A DNA stretch of 64,000 nucleotides from Squalus acanthias (Eukaryota). The position numbers were made by a program, and so were the translations under genes. The DNA is taken from positions 51,028,001 through 51,092,000 of the forward strand of contig CM059432.1 in the NCBI GenBank assembly GCA_030390025.1, written 5' to 3'. The notes under the pieces are model-generated. The model did no database searches, was not told the origin of the DNA, and saw only the letters and a program-made list of their open reading frames with translations. Positions 26,611-38,911 of this stretch are shown here, piece after piece; within the stretch, counting starts at the first letter, position 1; each line of letters starts with the position of its first letter.

Positions 26611-27195
26611 TTCAGAGAAGCAAGCTTGCTTTAAGTAAATGGCCCCTCATGTAGCTGAACACATGTTCAGCTGTGCATGTTTAGCAGAGGGCATTGATTG
26701 GAGCGGCAACTTCCAAAATGGCAGATCATGCTTCAAATCACCGTTATACGCTGACTGGCATCACGATCTGCCTACTCTGTATGCTGCCGCCGCACACGCG
26801 TCCTGCCTGTGCTATCGCCCTCACCAAGATGGCGAACAGTGGGCGGAAGTGAGACGGACACAATTTTGTTTACAAACTGGCCTTAACTACCGCCAAATTT
26901 TGCGGCCTTTACGTTTTATAATCTGGCACTTAGCATTGTCTTTTCCACCCCATTCATTCATTAGTGAAGCCAATACCTCTCTGTATATTAATTAGAATCA
27001 GACTGATCTTGCTTGGTACACAATTTTATCAATGCTGTACAAATTTGCCAATTTTTGCACTTTGGTTGTACATAGGGCTATTCTTTTTTCCACAGGCTGC
27101 ATTGGTTCTGTGCATTCTGATAAGTCCCACGATGTCGAAAATCATAAAGCTGTGCCAGCAATTTTGGACAGGTGTAGGATTTCAGGCAGGACAGT

Positions 27196-27870
27196 GGTAG
27201 GGTCACTAACAGCACAGAAACAGGCCATTTGGCCCAACAGGTCCATGCCAATGTTTATACTCCACACGAGCCTCCTTCCACCCCTTTTCACCGAACCGCA
27301 TCAACATATCCTTCTATTCCTTTCTCCCTCATGTTCTACTATAGCTTCCCCTTGAATGCATCTATGCTATTCGCCTCAACTACTCCCTGTGGCAGCGAGT
27401 GCCACACTCTAACCACTCTCTGGGTAAAGAAGTTTCTCCTGAATTCCTTATCGGATTTATTAGTAACTATCTTATATATATGGCCCCTAGTTTTTGATCT
27501 CACCCATGATTGGAAACATCTTCTCTACATCCACCCTACCAAACCCTTTTATAATCTTGAAGACCTCTATCAGGTCACCCCTCAGCCTCTGTTTCTAGAG
27601 AAAAGAGCCTCAGCCTGTTCAATCTTTTTTGATAGGTATAACCTCTCAGTTCTGATATCATTCTAGTAAATCATTTTTGCCCCTTCTTCAGTGCCTCTAT
27701 ATCCTTTTTATAATATGGAGACCAGAACTGTTCATAATACTCTAAGTGTGGTCTAACCAAGGTTCTGTACAAGTTTAACATAACTTCTCTGATTTTCAAT
27801 TCCAACCCTCCAGAAATGAACCCCAGTGCTTTGTTTTTTTAAATGGGATATTGTCGCTACTTTTAGTGAT
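27196..27870 (-). mobile_element. CR1 3' fragment
   Basis: Antisense NFFTQRVV and LVRPHLEY motifs; absent from the paralogue at ~7890. Confidence 0.85.
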
Positions 27871-28491
27871 TTATAATTGTAACATTACAAACATATACAT
27901 GGAATTATAAAACAATTCTTAATGAGCAGCCAAAGTAAATACTTGAAGGTTTGTTCTATGTCTCACTTTCCCATTGTTTAACAACATTTCTCTATGTTTA
28001 ATCGTGCCTTTATGAATATATTGTGCATCTTGGGAAGTATTGAATAATTTAAGAAAAACTGTTACTTTCTGCCTTTTTCTTTCTGAACTAAAAATCTGTC
28101 CATATTTGTTATGTAGGTAATATTCAAGGACAAGCCATTATTTTGCATGAAGAATGTCACAAATTAATCATAAATTAGCACAATGGTAGACTGGCACTGT
28201 TTTTGTTGATGTGTATCTCTGAGCTAATTTCACACTCATTCATGAGAAAAACAAATGCCTACATAACACTTTGCCAGGAAATGCATACAATGAAAACATC
28301 AGCTTTTATTATTTTGAAGTCCTGCCTTAACTCTTGAAATTTGTCTTGCACCATGCAGAGACCCTGAAGTGTGACCAAAAATCCCATGAAAAAGAACAGT
28401 CCTAGTTATACAAAATACTGAGGGAAAGTCCAGTGGAAAACAGCAGAAGTGAGGTTTATTGAATAGAGCCGATCCTCCTTGTTCCAGGTCA

Positions 28492-30405
28492 TCACTTTGC
28501 CTTCTCATAGATTCTGGTGCACACCACATCTCCTATGGTGCAAGTCTGATTTACAAAGGAAACAGAATGAGTTAAGTATACATCATTAAACACCACTGTA
28601 GGTTTAAATATCAATGTTATAATTCTTGCAAGAAATGTGTGCATCAGTTTGACTCTATAGAGATGATGTTGCAAGCAATTACCTTCATGATAAATCCAGA
28701 AACTGTTGGATAACTAGAAAATGTTATCTAAATAATATCCATTGCCACAAATTTACACTTCGTTAACAGCAGTAGCTTTTTGGTTCTACCTATATTGATG
28801 TACTGAGGTCCTTACCAATATTAGTTTACTATCCGTCAATTCTCTAACCAATGTTGTCTCTTTTCCGTCCCACCGTTATGTTTGGATCAGTTTGTCATTA
28901 TCCATTGTCACTGTGGTCTATTGGGAATTTGAAACAGAAGAATGTCATTTATCTCGAGAAGTCGGACACCAAACAAATCACAACAGTCAACGGGGTTAAT
29001 TGTCCACACACCTTGGTTTTCCTATCGTCTGCGGTGGTCTCATCAAATTCCTCCCCTAGCTTGAAATGGATCTTTGTGCTTTTTACCTTACTCTCGGTTG
29101 CCAAAGAGATTGTGTTGCCGTTGATAGAAATGGTCGTCGTGGGCTTGGCATTGTTACCTAACTTCCTTAGTGCCACACCCACTCCTATAAAGAGAGAGAC
29201 ATAGAAAATGGAACATTTAATGGTACTAACCATCGCAATGTCACTTCCACCAAGTGAAGGAATTTCAGTAACGCTCCCAGCTCAATGAGTTCAAGTACTA
29301 GACGCTTCATTAGACTGTGGCATAAAATAAACCATTTCTGGTAATGCCAAGTCAGTATATATATATTAAATCACTTGCTACATTCAAAATCAGATTCCAG
29401 GCATAAATTTCCTGGTACGATGCATCAATTCACATTTTCCTATGCTGCAGGCACTCAGCAGAAATACACCATGCAATTTCTCCCAATGTTTCGAAAGTAG
29501 GGCAGTGCCCACTATTGTTACGAATTTTAAGTGCATTGTGCAGTATTTATATCTGGGATCAATTGTGGGCTTGGCATTTTAACCACCACAAAGGACTCCA
29601 GCAACCATTGAGTGGGCAAAACGGTGGCAGATGGATTTCAATACAGGTTAGTGTGAGGTCATCCATTTTGGAGCAGAAAAAGGATAGATCTGAGTACTTT
29701 TTAAATGGTGAACAGCTAGGAGCAGTGGTCCAAAGAGATTTAGGGGTCCATGCACACAGATCACTAAAATGTAGTGGTCAGGTATAAAACATAAATCAAA
29801 AAGATTAATGGATTGTTAGCCTTTACATCCAGAGGATAGAATATAATTACATAAACTAAGCTTGTAGTTCCTGAAATATATATATAATGTTAAGGGATGA
29901 ATTGCTTGAGGTTTTTAGGATTTTTAAAGCAATTGATAGAGTAGATAGACAGAAACTTTTTCTGCTGGTGGGGGAGTCTAGGACAAGGGGACATAACCTT
30001 AAAATCAGAGCCAAGCCATTCAGGAGAGGAGTTAGGAAACACTTCTTCACGCAAAGCGGGGGTAGAAGTGTGGAACTCTCTCCTACAAAAAGCAGCAGAT
30101 GCTCAGTTAATAATTCTAAATCTGAGATTGATAGACTTTTGCTAGCCAAGGGTATTAAGGGATATGTAGCCAAGGCGGGTTGAAATACAAATCAGCCATG
30201 ATCTCATTGAATGGAGGAACAGGCTCAAAGGACTGAATGGCCTACTCCTGTTCCTATGTTCTATGTTCAGAGCCAAACCAATGATGTTTTTGAGGGGGGT
30301 TAAAACATTTTTTTAAATAACAGGATCCTCACCCAAAGTCTTCATGTACTCGTCAAAATTTTCGGTCGTGACGAAGTTCCACTTTCCTACAAATGGTTCA
30401 ACTAT
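28492..30405 (-). pseudogene. fabp: FABP copy B pseudogene; exons 30405-30333, 29184-29012, 28917-28816, 28545-28492
   Basis: Canonical exon sizes and splice sites, but start codon is ATA (30405-30403) and CAA>TAA at 28878-28876 (Q96*). Confidence 0.9.
29610..30268 (+). mobile_element. CR1 3' fragment in intron 1 of FABP copy B
   Basis: YFLNGEQL..QRDLGV, RKHFFTQ; tail CCTATGTTCTATGTT; absent in copies A and C. Confidence 0.85.
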
Positions 30406-30597
30406 TGTTTTTTGTATCTGTGTGTCGCTGCCGCTTTAAATGCAGAACAACTGCTGACCCTGTGCGGGGAAAATGACTTTGCAGCGACTGGAAGAGCTCT
30501 CCGGCCTTTTAAGCCCCTTGAGCTGAGACACATGTGCAAAATACTCGAACCAATGCGAAGTGACAACACCAGAGATCGCCACGACAGATGTAGGGAA

Positions 30598-30824
30598 TGA
30601 CGTAAGAAAACTACTAGGCACTTGGTCTAAGCGTTAAACAAAGCTTTAATCAACTGTTTTACGACATGGAGGTCTAGTTGTGTCCTTCACTAGTTCCTGT
30701 TAAGAATGTCCTGCGCAAGCTGGGCCTGTGCCCGAGTATTTATACTCTCCCTGGACAACGCCACCTGCAAGCCACTCAGTATTATTTCATAAGTCTTTCT
30801 TTCATGAATGACAGATTCATGTCA
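30598..30824 (-). mobile_element. Short solo LTR (227 bp) in the FABP-B promoter
   Basis: TGAC...GTCA ends; 5-bp TSD GGGAA; empty site in copies A and C; TATAAA and ATTAAA in order on the minus strand. Confidence 0.8.
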
Positions 30825-31391
30825 GGGAACAAGGCAAGTCAAAAAAAAAGTCAATACATTTTCAACAGTAATTACAAATGAATGAGAGGCAAAATGCACA
30901 CACACACACACACTGCAGGTCTACTGTGCACAGATTGGTTTGCGTATCTGTACTCAAGGTTTATAAAGTGCCTTTTGCAGAAAGTGGTCGCAGGAGGAGA
31001 AGTTTTAGGGGAACAGTTAGGAGGATGTATTGAAAGCGCAAAGAGGCGCGTTTGTTTGGAGGAGGCCTTGGAAGGTGCAGAGAGAGGCAACAAAACAAAA
31101 TGGTTTGCCACTAGACTCATAGAAATGACAACACAGAAGGACGATTGCACTGCCATCTTGATCATTTATCACTGCGCTCTTCAACTGACGTTATGCACTG
31201 AAATAGTCACAATTTCTTAAGCATTTTGTCATAACTATAATATTTTATTTCTGGTATCTCTGTCACTCCACCCTGTTCAGAATCTAATCATTTGGTATAT
31301 CTTTCAAGTATATCATATCACTTCTTTTCCTGAAAATATACTACTTTACATTACTTTGCATTGAACTACATTTGCCACCTATCTGCCCATC

Positions 31392-31505
31392 CTACATTAC
31401 AACAGTGACTACACTTCAAAATTAATTCATTGACTGTAAAGTGCTTTGGGACGTCCGGTGGTCATGAAAGGCGCTATATAAATGCAAGTCCTTCTTTCAT
31501 TTCTT
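31392..31505 (+). mobile_element. SINE 3' tail fragment
   Basis: Matches the 3' end of 11898-12195. Confidence 0.7.
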
Positions 31506-33237
31506 TAACCTGTGTACATAAGGATAGTTAAAGTCCCACATTATTGAAATTCTGCAACCGCCCACCCCTGAAATTGCCTACAAATCTCATCCTTTACTTC
31601 TTTCCCACTAATCAATAGTCTATTATGTACTCCCATTATAGAACATCAAAACAGGAGTCGGCCATTCAGTCCCTTGAGCCTGTTCCGACATTCAGTTAGA
31701 TCATAGAATCTTACAACACAAGGAGACCATTTTGCCCATAGTGCCCGTGCCGGCTCTTTGAAAGAGCATCATTTCACATTTTCTTCTTTTAAGTTGTAAT
31801 CGTATCTACAATGCTGCAGGCACTCAGCAGAAATACACCATGCAATTCCTCCCAGTGTTTCAAATGGAGGGCAGTACCTACTAACGTTACAAATTTTAAG
31901 TGCATTCTCCACTATTTGCCGCGATTTTGCCATAGGAGGCGGGTTGGAGTCAGTTTGGCTGGTCGGCGGGTTCCGGTCCTGCTGCCGGTTTCAGCCACTC
32001 CGAAATAACTATTTTCACTTAACTGGGGTTATTAAGCCCGCCGTGCGCGCTACCCGGCCCAATCAGTGGGTGCGGGTCTGCTGCTCGCCTCTGCTGACAT
32101 CTTCCATTAAGGGGCCCATGTAGCCTTTGGATTTAATTTCCTTTCTGCTGCTCCTAAAAACGGGTCTTTGGAACATGACTGCTGCAAGATCTAAGGCTGC
32201 TCCTCGATTTGATGATGACTCCCTCCATACTCTTGTGGGGGGAGTAAGAGGGAGCGGGGAGATTTTGTTCCCTCCTGATGGCCGGAGGAAGCCTCCTCAG
32301 CAAACAAAGGCAGCCTGGCTGCAAATTGCTGAGGAGGTAAGCGCAAGGTCGTTGTGCTCACTCACCTGAATTCAGTGCTGAAAAAGGTTCAAAGATCTGC
32401 TACGCTCAGCAAAAGTGAGTATAACATCACACTTACCTTCAATCTGCTTTCCTTCTCTTCTCATCACCAGCACTCTGCATTGTCAACCTACTCCTCCATA
32501 TTCCAACATACCCTTACTTCCCTTGCACCCTTAACGATCCTTCTCTCTCTATGTACAGAATCATTTCACCATCCAACTATGCACCCCTCACACTTGCTCT
32601 CCCTGTTATGCAATGACAACAACTAACAACGCTCAGGGAGGCACCTTGGTATTGGCACCTCACCCCATCTTTGTCTCCCTCTAAGCTTCTATGTTATGGA
32701 TTCTTTACACCCACTCCATCAATCTCGCTGAAACTCCACTTGTGTCCCTCATTGCAGGAAAACAGAGCCCACAATAAGAGGGAGAGAGGGAGGACAGGAG
32801 GAGGCCCACCATCCCTGGTAATTTTAACAAATGCTGAGGAGGCTGCTCTCGACATCGTCGGAGGTGCAGAGGAGCTGGAAGTGGGGGACGGAGAGACGGG
32901 AGCAGTAGAGCAAGCTGGTGACAGAATAGATTTGCAACCCTCTCATTTAGATTTCATGATGACTGATATGGCATCTGATGTTCATACAGATTGACTTCTG
33001 ATCATCTGCACAATAGGATGTGTCTACTACCTAAATATCACATGTCTAACTCATGCCTTTACTTCCCCACAGGACCATCGAGAGCCCCCCTCCCCACTGT
33101 CCAGGAGGAAGAGCCGGACAACTCTCAGAGGAACCTGCAGCCTCTGAGGGAGCAGCATCACCAGAAATCAGCGCACCCAGCACCAGCGCAGAAACGCACA
33201 CCTCGGTGGGTCCGTCACGACATAGAGTAGTGTTGTC

Positions 33238-36075
33238 CTTCTTTCTTCTTAGGCAGTCCCTCGGAACCGAGGATAACTTGTTTCCACATTAAAAATGAGT
33301 TCACAGGTGACTGATGAGTCCAATGCGGGACCTGCAGTCTCTGTCACAGGTGGGGCAGATGGTGGTTGAAGGGGCGGGTGGGTGGGGTGCTTGGGTTGAC
33401 GTGCGCTTCTTCCGCTGCCTGTGCTTGGCTTCCGCTTGCTCCCGGTGAAGAGACTCGAGGTGTTTGGCGCCTTCCCGGATGCTTCTCCTCCACTTTGTGC
33501 GGGCTTGGGCCAGGGATTCCCAGGTGTCAGTGGGGATGTTACACTTTTTCAAGGAGGCTTTGAGGGTGTCCTTGAAGCGTTTCCTCTGCCCACCTGGTGC
33601 TCTCTTGCCGTGCCGGAGCTCCGAGTAGAGTGCTTGTTTTGGGAGTCTCGTATCAGGGCAGGTGGACAATGTGACCCGTCCATCAGAGCTGATCGAGCGT
33701 GGTCAAAGCTTCGATGCTGGGGATGTTGGCCTGAGCGAGAACACTGATGTTGGTGCGCCTATCCTGCCAATGGATTTGCAGGATCTTGCGGAGGCAGCGT
33801 TGGTGGTACCTCTCCAGTGCTTTGAGGTGCCTGCTGTACATGGTCCGTGTTTCTGAGGCATACAGCAGGGCGGGTATCACTGCTGCTCTGTAGACCATGA
33901 GCTTAGTGCCGGGTTTGAGGTCCTGGTCTTCAAACACTGTCTTCCTAAGGCGACCGAAGGCTGCACTGGCACACTGAAGGCGGTGTTGGACTTCGTCATC
34001 GACATCTTCCCTTGTTGACAGTAGGCTCCCGAGGTATGGAAAGTGGTCCACATTGCCCAAGGCCTTGTCGTGGATTTTGATAATCGGGGGGCAGTACTGT
34101 GTGGCGGGGACAGGTTGGTAGAGGACCTTTGTCTTGCGGTTGTTTAGAGTAAGGCCCATGCTCTCGTACGCTTCGGTGAAGGTGTTGACGATGGTTTGGA
34201 GTTCGACCTCCGAGTGAGCGCAGACGCAAGCGTCGTCTGCATACTGTAACTCGACGACAGAGGATGGGACGACCTTGGATCGGGACTGGAAGCGACGGAG
34301 GTTGAACAGTTTCCCGTTTGTTCTGTAAATTAGCTTCACCCCAGTGGGGAGCTTACTGAGGGTGAGATGGAGCATTGCAGCAAGGAAGATCGAGAAGAGC
34401 GTTGGTGCGATGACACAGCCTTGCTTGACCCCGGTTCGTACGTGAATTGGGTCTGTGTGGAACCGTTGGTCAGGATCACGGTTTGCATGTTGTCGTGAAG
34501 CAGGCGGAGGATGGTGACAGACTTTTGAGGGCAGCCGAATTTGAGGAGGACACTCCATAATCCCTCATGGTTGACAGTGTCGAAGGCCTTTGTGAGATCA
34601 AAGAAGGCCATGTACAGAGGTTGGTGCTGTTCCCTGCATTTCTCTTCTAATTGATGTGCGGTGAAGATCATGTCCATTGTGCCCCTTAGTGGGCGGAATC
34701 CGCATTGCGACTCTGGGAGGAGCTCTTCGACCACTGGGAGAAGGCGATTGAGGAGGATTCTTGCGATGACTTTCCCTGTGGCAGACAGCAGGGAAACTCC
34801 TCTGTAATTACCACAATCGGACTTGTCACCTTTCTTGAAGATGGTCACAATTACGGCATCTCTGAGATTCCCTGGCAAGCTCTCCTCCTTCCAGATAAGA
34901 GAAATGAGTTCATGAATTCACGCCAGTAGTGCTTCTCCATCATGCTTTAGTGCCTCGGCGGGGATTCTATCTGCTCCTGAGGCCTTGTTGTTCTTCAGTT
35001 GTCGGATGGCCTTTTCAACCTCATGCCGGGCTGGGGTTGTGCTGAGATGGTGGTGGGTAGCGTGCTGCGGGATGGAGTTGAGGACACTCGCGTCAAAGAC
35101 AGAGTCTCGGTTAAGGAGATCTTCGAAGTGCTCCTTCCAGCGGGCACTGATTGCCTCTCTGTCCTTGATGAGTACCTCTCCGTTCTTGGCCTGCAGTGGG
35201 GTAGGGCCTTGGGTGCTTGGGCCGTAGGTGGTCTTGACTGCGCTAAAGAATCCACGCACGTCGTGGTTGTCGGCTAGCTGCTGGATCTCCTGCGCTTTCT
35301 CCACCCACCATCTGTTCTTTAGGTCGCGAGTTTTTTGTTGGACCTCGGCCTTCAGGCGTCTGTAGAGCTGCTTTCTTGCTCTCAAGTTCTGTTGCTGTTT
35401 CCAGGTCTGGAATGCCTTGCGCTTGCATAAAAACATAAACATAGAAGATAAGAGCAGGAGCTGATCATCCAAACTCAGTACCCTGTCCCTGCCTTCTCCC
35501 CATATCCCTTGATCCCTTTAGCTTTAAGAAATATATCTAACTCCTTCTTGAATATATTTAATGAATTGGCCTCTACTGCCTTCTGTGGTAGAGAATTCCA
35601 CAGGTTCACCACTCTCTGGGTGAAGAAATTCCTCCTCATCTCATTCCTAAATGGCTTACCCCTTATCCTTAGACTGTGACCCCTGGTTCTGGACTCCCCG
35701 GCCATCGGGAACATCCTTCCTGCATCTAGTCTGTCTAGTCCTGTTAGAATTTTATAAGTTTCAATGAGATCCCCTCTCATTCTTCTAAACTCCAGCGAGT
35801 ATAAGCCCAATCGACCCAATCTCTCCTCATACATCATTCCTGCCATCCCAGGTATCAGCCTGGTGAATCTTCTCTGCACTCCCTCCATGGCAAGAACATC
35901 CTTCCTCAGATAAGGTGACCAAAACTGCACACAATACTCAAGATGTGGTCTCACCAAGGCCCTGTACAACTTGCGGCTTATTAGCTCCTGGATCTCCTGG
36001 TCATTCTCGTCGAACCAGTCTTGGTGTTTCCTGGTTGAGTGACCGAGTGTCTCTTCACAGGTGCTGATTATGCTG
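33238..36075 (-). mobile_element. RTE-clade (BovB-like) LINE, 5'-truncated, interrupted by CR1
   Basis: NYRGVSLL, FFDLTKAFDTV, GVKQGC, LQYADD, GGQRKRFKDTLK, C-terminal CPTC..H; (AAG)n tail. Confidence 0.9.
35427..35969 (-). mobile_element. CR1 3' fragment within RTE
   Basis: 164-aa ORF very similar to the C-terminus of 59841-61514; TSD CTTGC. Confidence 0.92.
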
Positions 36076-37175
36076 GTGTATCACAGCTCACAAGTGAGCA
36101 TCAGCAGATGGTGGAGACAGCAACAGCAGTGGAGAGTCCTCGTCGGAGGTCGCAGGACACTTGTAGCTCTGCTGAGTTGCATGTAGACGCTGTGCCTCTG
36201 GGGCCATCCAGAAAGAGAGTGGTGCTGGAACTTCAGGAACAAGTGCAGGATTCTCTGACAGGGTTTGCATCCACGGTAACTGCAAGTGTGCAAAGATTGG
36301 AGGAGTCCATCTCAAACATGAGCAATGCCGTGGTGCACGCAATGGCGAATGTAGGTGCCGCCATGGAAAGGGTGGCAACCTCCATGGAGGACATAAATCG
36401 CCAGACTCAAATGAGCATGGTGACTCTTCTAAATAGATGGTCTGCTATGGAGGAGAGATGGACATCTATTGAGGAGAGGAACCAGAGGTACATGGACGGC
36501 CCCGTTATGAAGACTGTCAGTACAGAGACGGGTCCTCATGGCCCCACTGATGTGCAGCAAGGTGCTCTCCAGCCACTTGCTAGCACTGAAGTGCGGGTGA
36601 TCTATGAGAGGGATGTTGGTGGTCGACAACAAGGAAGTGTAGGCTCCTCTCCAAGCGCTCACATGACCATGCCACTGTGGAGCCCTCGGTCAGAGCCCCA
36701 GATTTCTCACCCAACTGAGAGGAGCAGACTGTTATGGAGCCCTCCCAGGCTCCCAAACACAGAGGACGCCTGCCAAAGGCGTCTAAGCAGGCGCAGCATG
36801 GAAGTGAGCAAGGTGCCTCTACAACTGCTGAAGCCACAGGGGAAGCACCATGTAGAAGCATGCATAAGAGAAAGTTAACACCCAAATAGTCACTTGGGTA
36901 GTCACTTGGGTGTTTTGATATCATACAAAGTAAAGTTTGTCATCGTGATTTTAAATGTATTAAAGAAATGAGATGGCAAAAATTCAAAGAGTTGGCCGAT
37001 GTGTACTCAGAAATGGAAATTGCACAGTGAGGGGTCAGGGCGCCTTTCATCTGTAATGATGGTGGTGAGAGTGATAGGAAACCACAGTTTATTGTACAGA
37101 TGTTGTATGGTGTGTTAAGAAGGTCAGCCAGACATTCATTTCCATGTGGCAGCCATATGTGGTTGATGCGCAAAC

Positions 37176-38231
37176 TTACATGAATTTGGCATGGATTAGT
37201 GCATCCCTTGGCTTACGGCCAGCAATGTGGTCACGTGCTGGTGGAATTGGCACATCTGACCCCGCAAGGTGTCCCTCATCTGCCGCCTCCTCCTCCTCCT
37301 CATCCTCCTCTTCTGAGGAACTGTCCGCTGAGCCACTTGTTCCCCAGGCAGCGCTAAGCCACGCTACTGTGTGATGTTGTGCAGGGCACAGCAGACCACG
37401 ATGATTCTGGAGACCCTGGCTGGTGCGTACTGTAGGGCTCCACCAGATCTGTCGAGGCATCTGAATCGCATTTTGAGCAAGCCGATGGTTTGCTCTATGA
37501 TGCTTCTGGTAGAAATATGGCTCTCATTGTCACGCTCCTCAGCTTCATTTGATGGCCTCCTCATCAGTGTCATTAGCCACTTTTTCAGGGGATAGCCCTT
37601 GTCTCCAAGTAGCCATCCAGAAAGTTGGGTTGGCGGATTGAACAGCTGAGGCACAGTAGACTGCCGCAGGATGAACGAGTCATGGCAACTGCCAGGGAAC
37701 TTCGCGCAAACATGCATAATGTTCTTCCTGTGGTTACACACCGGCTGGACGTTAAGGGAGTGGAAGCGGTTGACAATTACAGCTGGGTTGTGATGGGGTA
37801 CCCTAATGGCCACATGTGTGCAGTCTATGATGCCCTGCACCCTTGGGAAGCCTGCCATTTTTGCAAAGCCAACCGCACACGCAGTTACACTTGCTTCATC
37901 CATGGAGAAGTCGATGTAATTGTGTGACCTTGCAAAGCGGGCATTGGTAACCTGCGTGATACCTCTCGCGAAAGCCTCAGCCTCCTTTGGCACTGCTGCT
38001 CACTAATGTTGAGGAAGCTCATCCTCAGCCTGTAAACCCTGTGTTGGGGGTATCTCCTGCGGCGAGGTACAGCTCTGCGCTGATGCCCTCTGCCCTGTCA
38101 GCATCAGGTGGCTGAGGAAAAGGTTGGCGCTCCTGTTGTTGCTGCTGCTGTTGTGCCCGGTTCTGCTGCTGCCGCGGCTGCTCTTCCTCCGATTCTGAGG
38201 ACCAGGATGAGAGGGTATAAATGGTTCCCAT
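37176..38231 (-). pseudogene. Harbinger DDE transposase, disrupted
   Basis: [23 protein letters not shown]; frameshifts and an internal deletion. Confidence 0.88.
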
Positions 38232-38838
38232 CCCGCTGGTATATATCTCAGAGGGTATGCCAAGGAGGTCACAGTGCATATGGATCTCAACTTAAACACG
38301 CACAAGCTCAATAGACCTGCAAAATGTGTTCCAAAACCTCAAAACACAAAGTTCTGGCATCTGAAAGTCAGCCATGTTGCACCTCCGCTTTTATGCTGCA
38401 GGAGCAGCTGTCAACAATTCAGCTAATTGCTGAACCCGGCACAATCAGCTGCCGTGTTTGTCACATGACGGACAACAGGCTCAAAATGTAGTAAAATGGG
38501 AAGAGCCAGTAAAAAAGGGATTATCTAGGCAGTTAACAAGCTGTTAACTGCCTTAAGTGCCTCTCCCGCCGTTTGGTGTCGGGTCTGATCGGGACTCGCA
38601 GAGGATGGGATGGTGGCAGGTTCGCAACCCGCCGTCAATCATTTGGATTTTAACTCCTGACCCACCTCCAAACACGCCCTCTGAGCGCCGGCAAAATTGT
38701 GGCCTTTATCTCTGGGATCAATTGTGGACCTTGGCATTTGAACTCGGGCAACCAGCGGGGAGCAGTCCAGCTACAGACCCAAAACCAATGATATTATTTG
38801 GGGGTGGTTAAAATATATATATATAACAGAATCCCCAC

Positions 38839-38911
38839 CCAAAGCCTTCATGTACTCATCAAAATTTTCGGTCTTGGCTAATTTCCACTTTCCTAAAAAG
38901 GGTTCAACCAT
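38839..38911 (-). pseudogene. fabp: FABP copy C orphan exon 1 (MVEPFLGKWKLAKTENFDEYMKAL)
   Basis: 73 nt, intact ATG, GT donor; intron 1 homology ends at ~31766 and no own exons 2-4 are found. Confidence 0.85.

Larger units (their letters stand above)
17971..26907. mobile_element. Degenerate PIF/Harbinger transposon with nested CR1s and a nested Harbinger derivative
   Basis: TIR-like GGCCGAGAAATT / AATTTTGCGGCC; Myb gene on +, transposase on -; ends homologous to those of element 56727-62336. Confidence 0.8.
31918..38704. mobile_element. Degenerate Harbinger inserted in intron 1 of FABP copy C
   Basis: TIRs GCCGCGATTTTGCC / GGCAAAATTGTGGCC; TSD TTT; empty site CCACTATTTATCTC in copy A (9603-9616); Myb gene + from 32175; transposase -. 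Confidence 0.88.

Noticed and set aside
17971..26907. Single giant palindromic Myb-TPase/TPase-Myb element
   Set aside because: A TIR at 24696 and homology of ~26620-26907 to ~62020-62336 show one element nested in another
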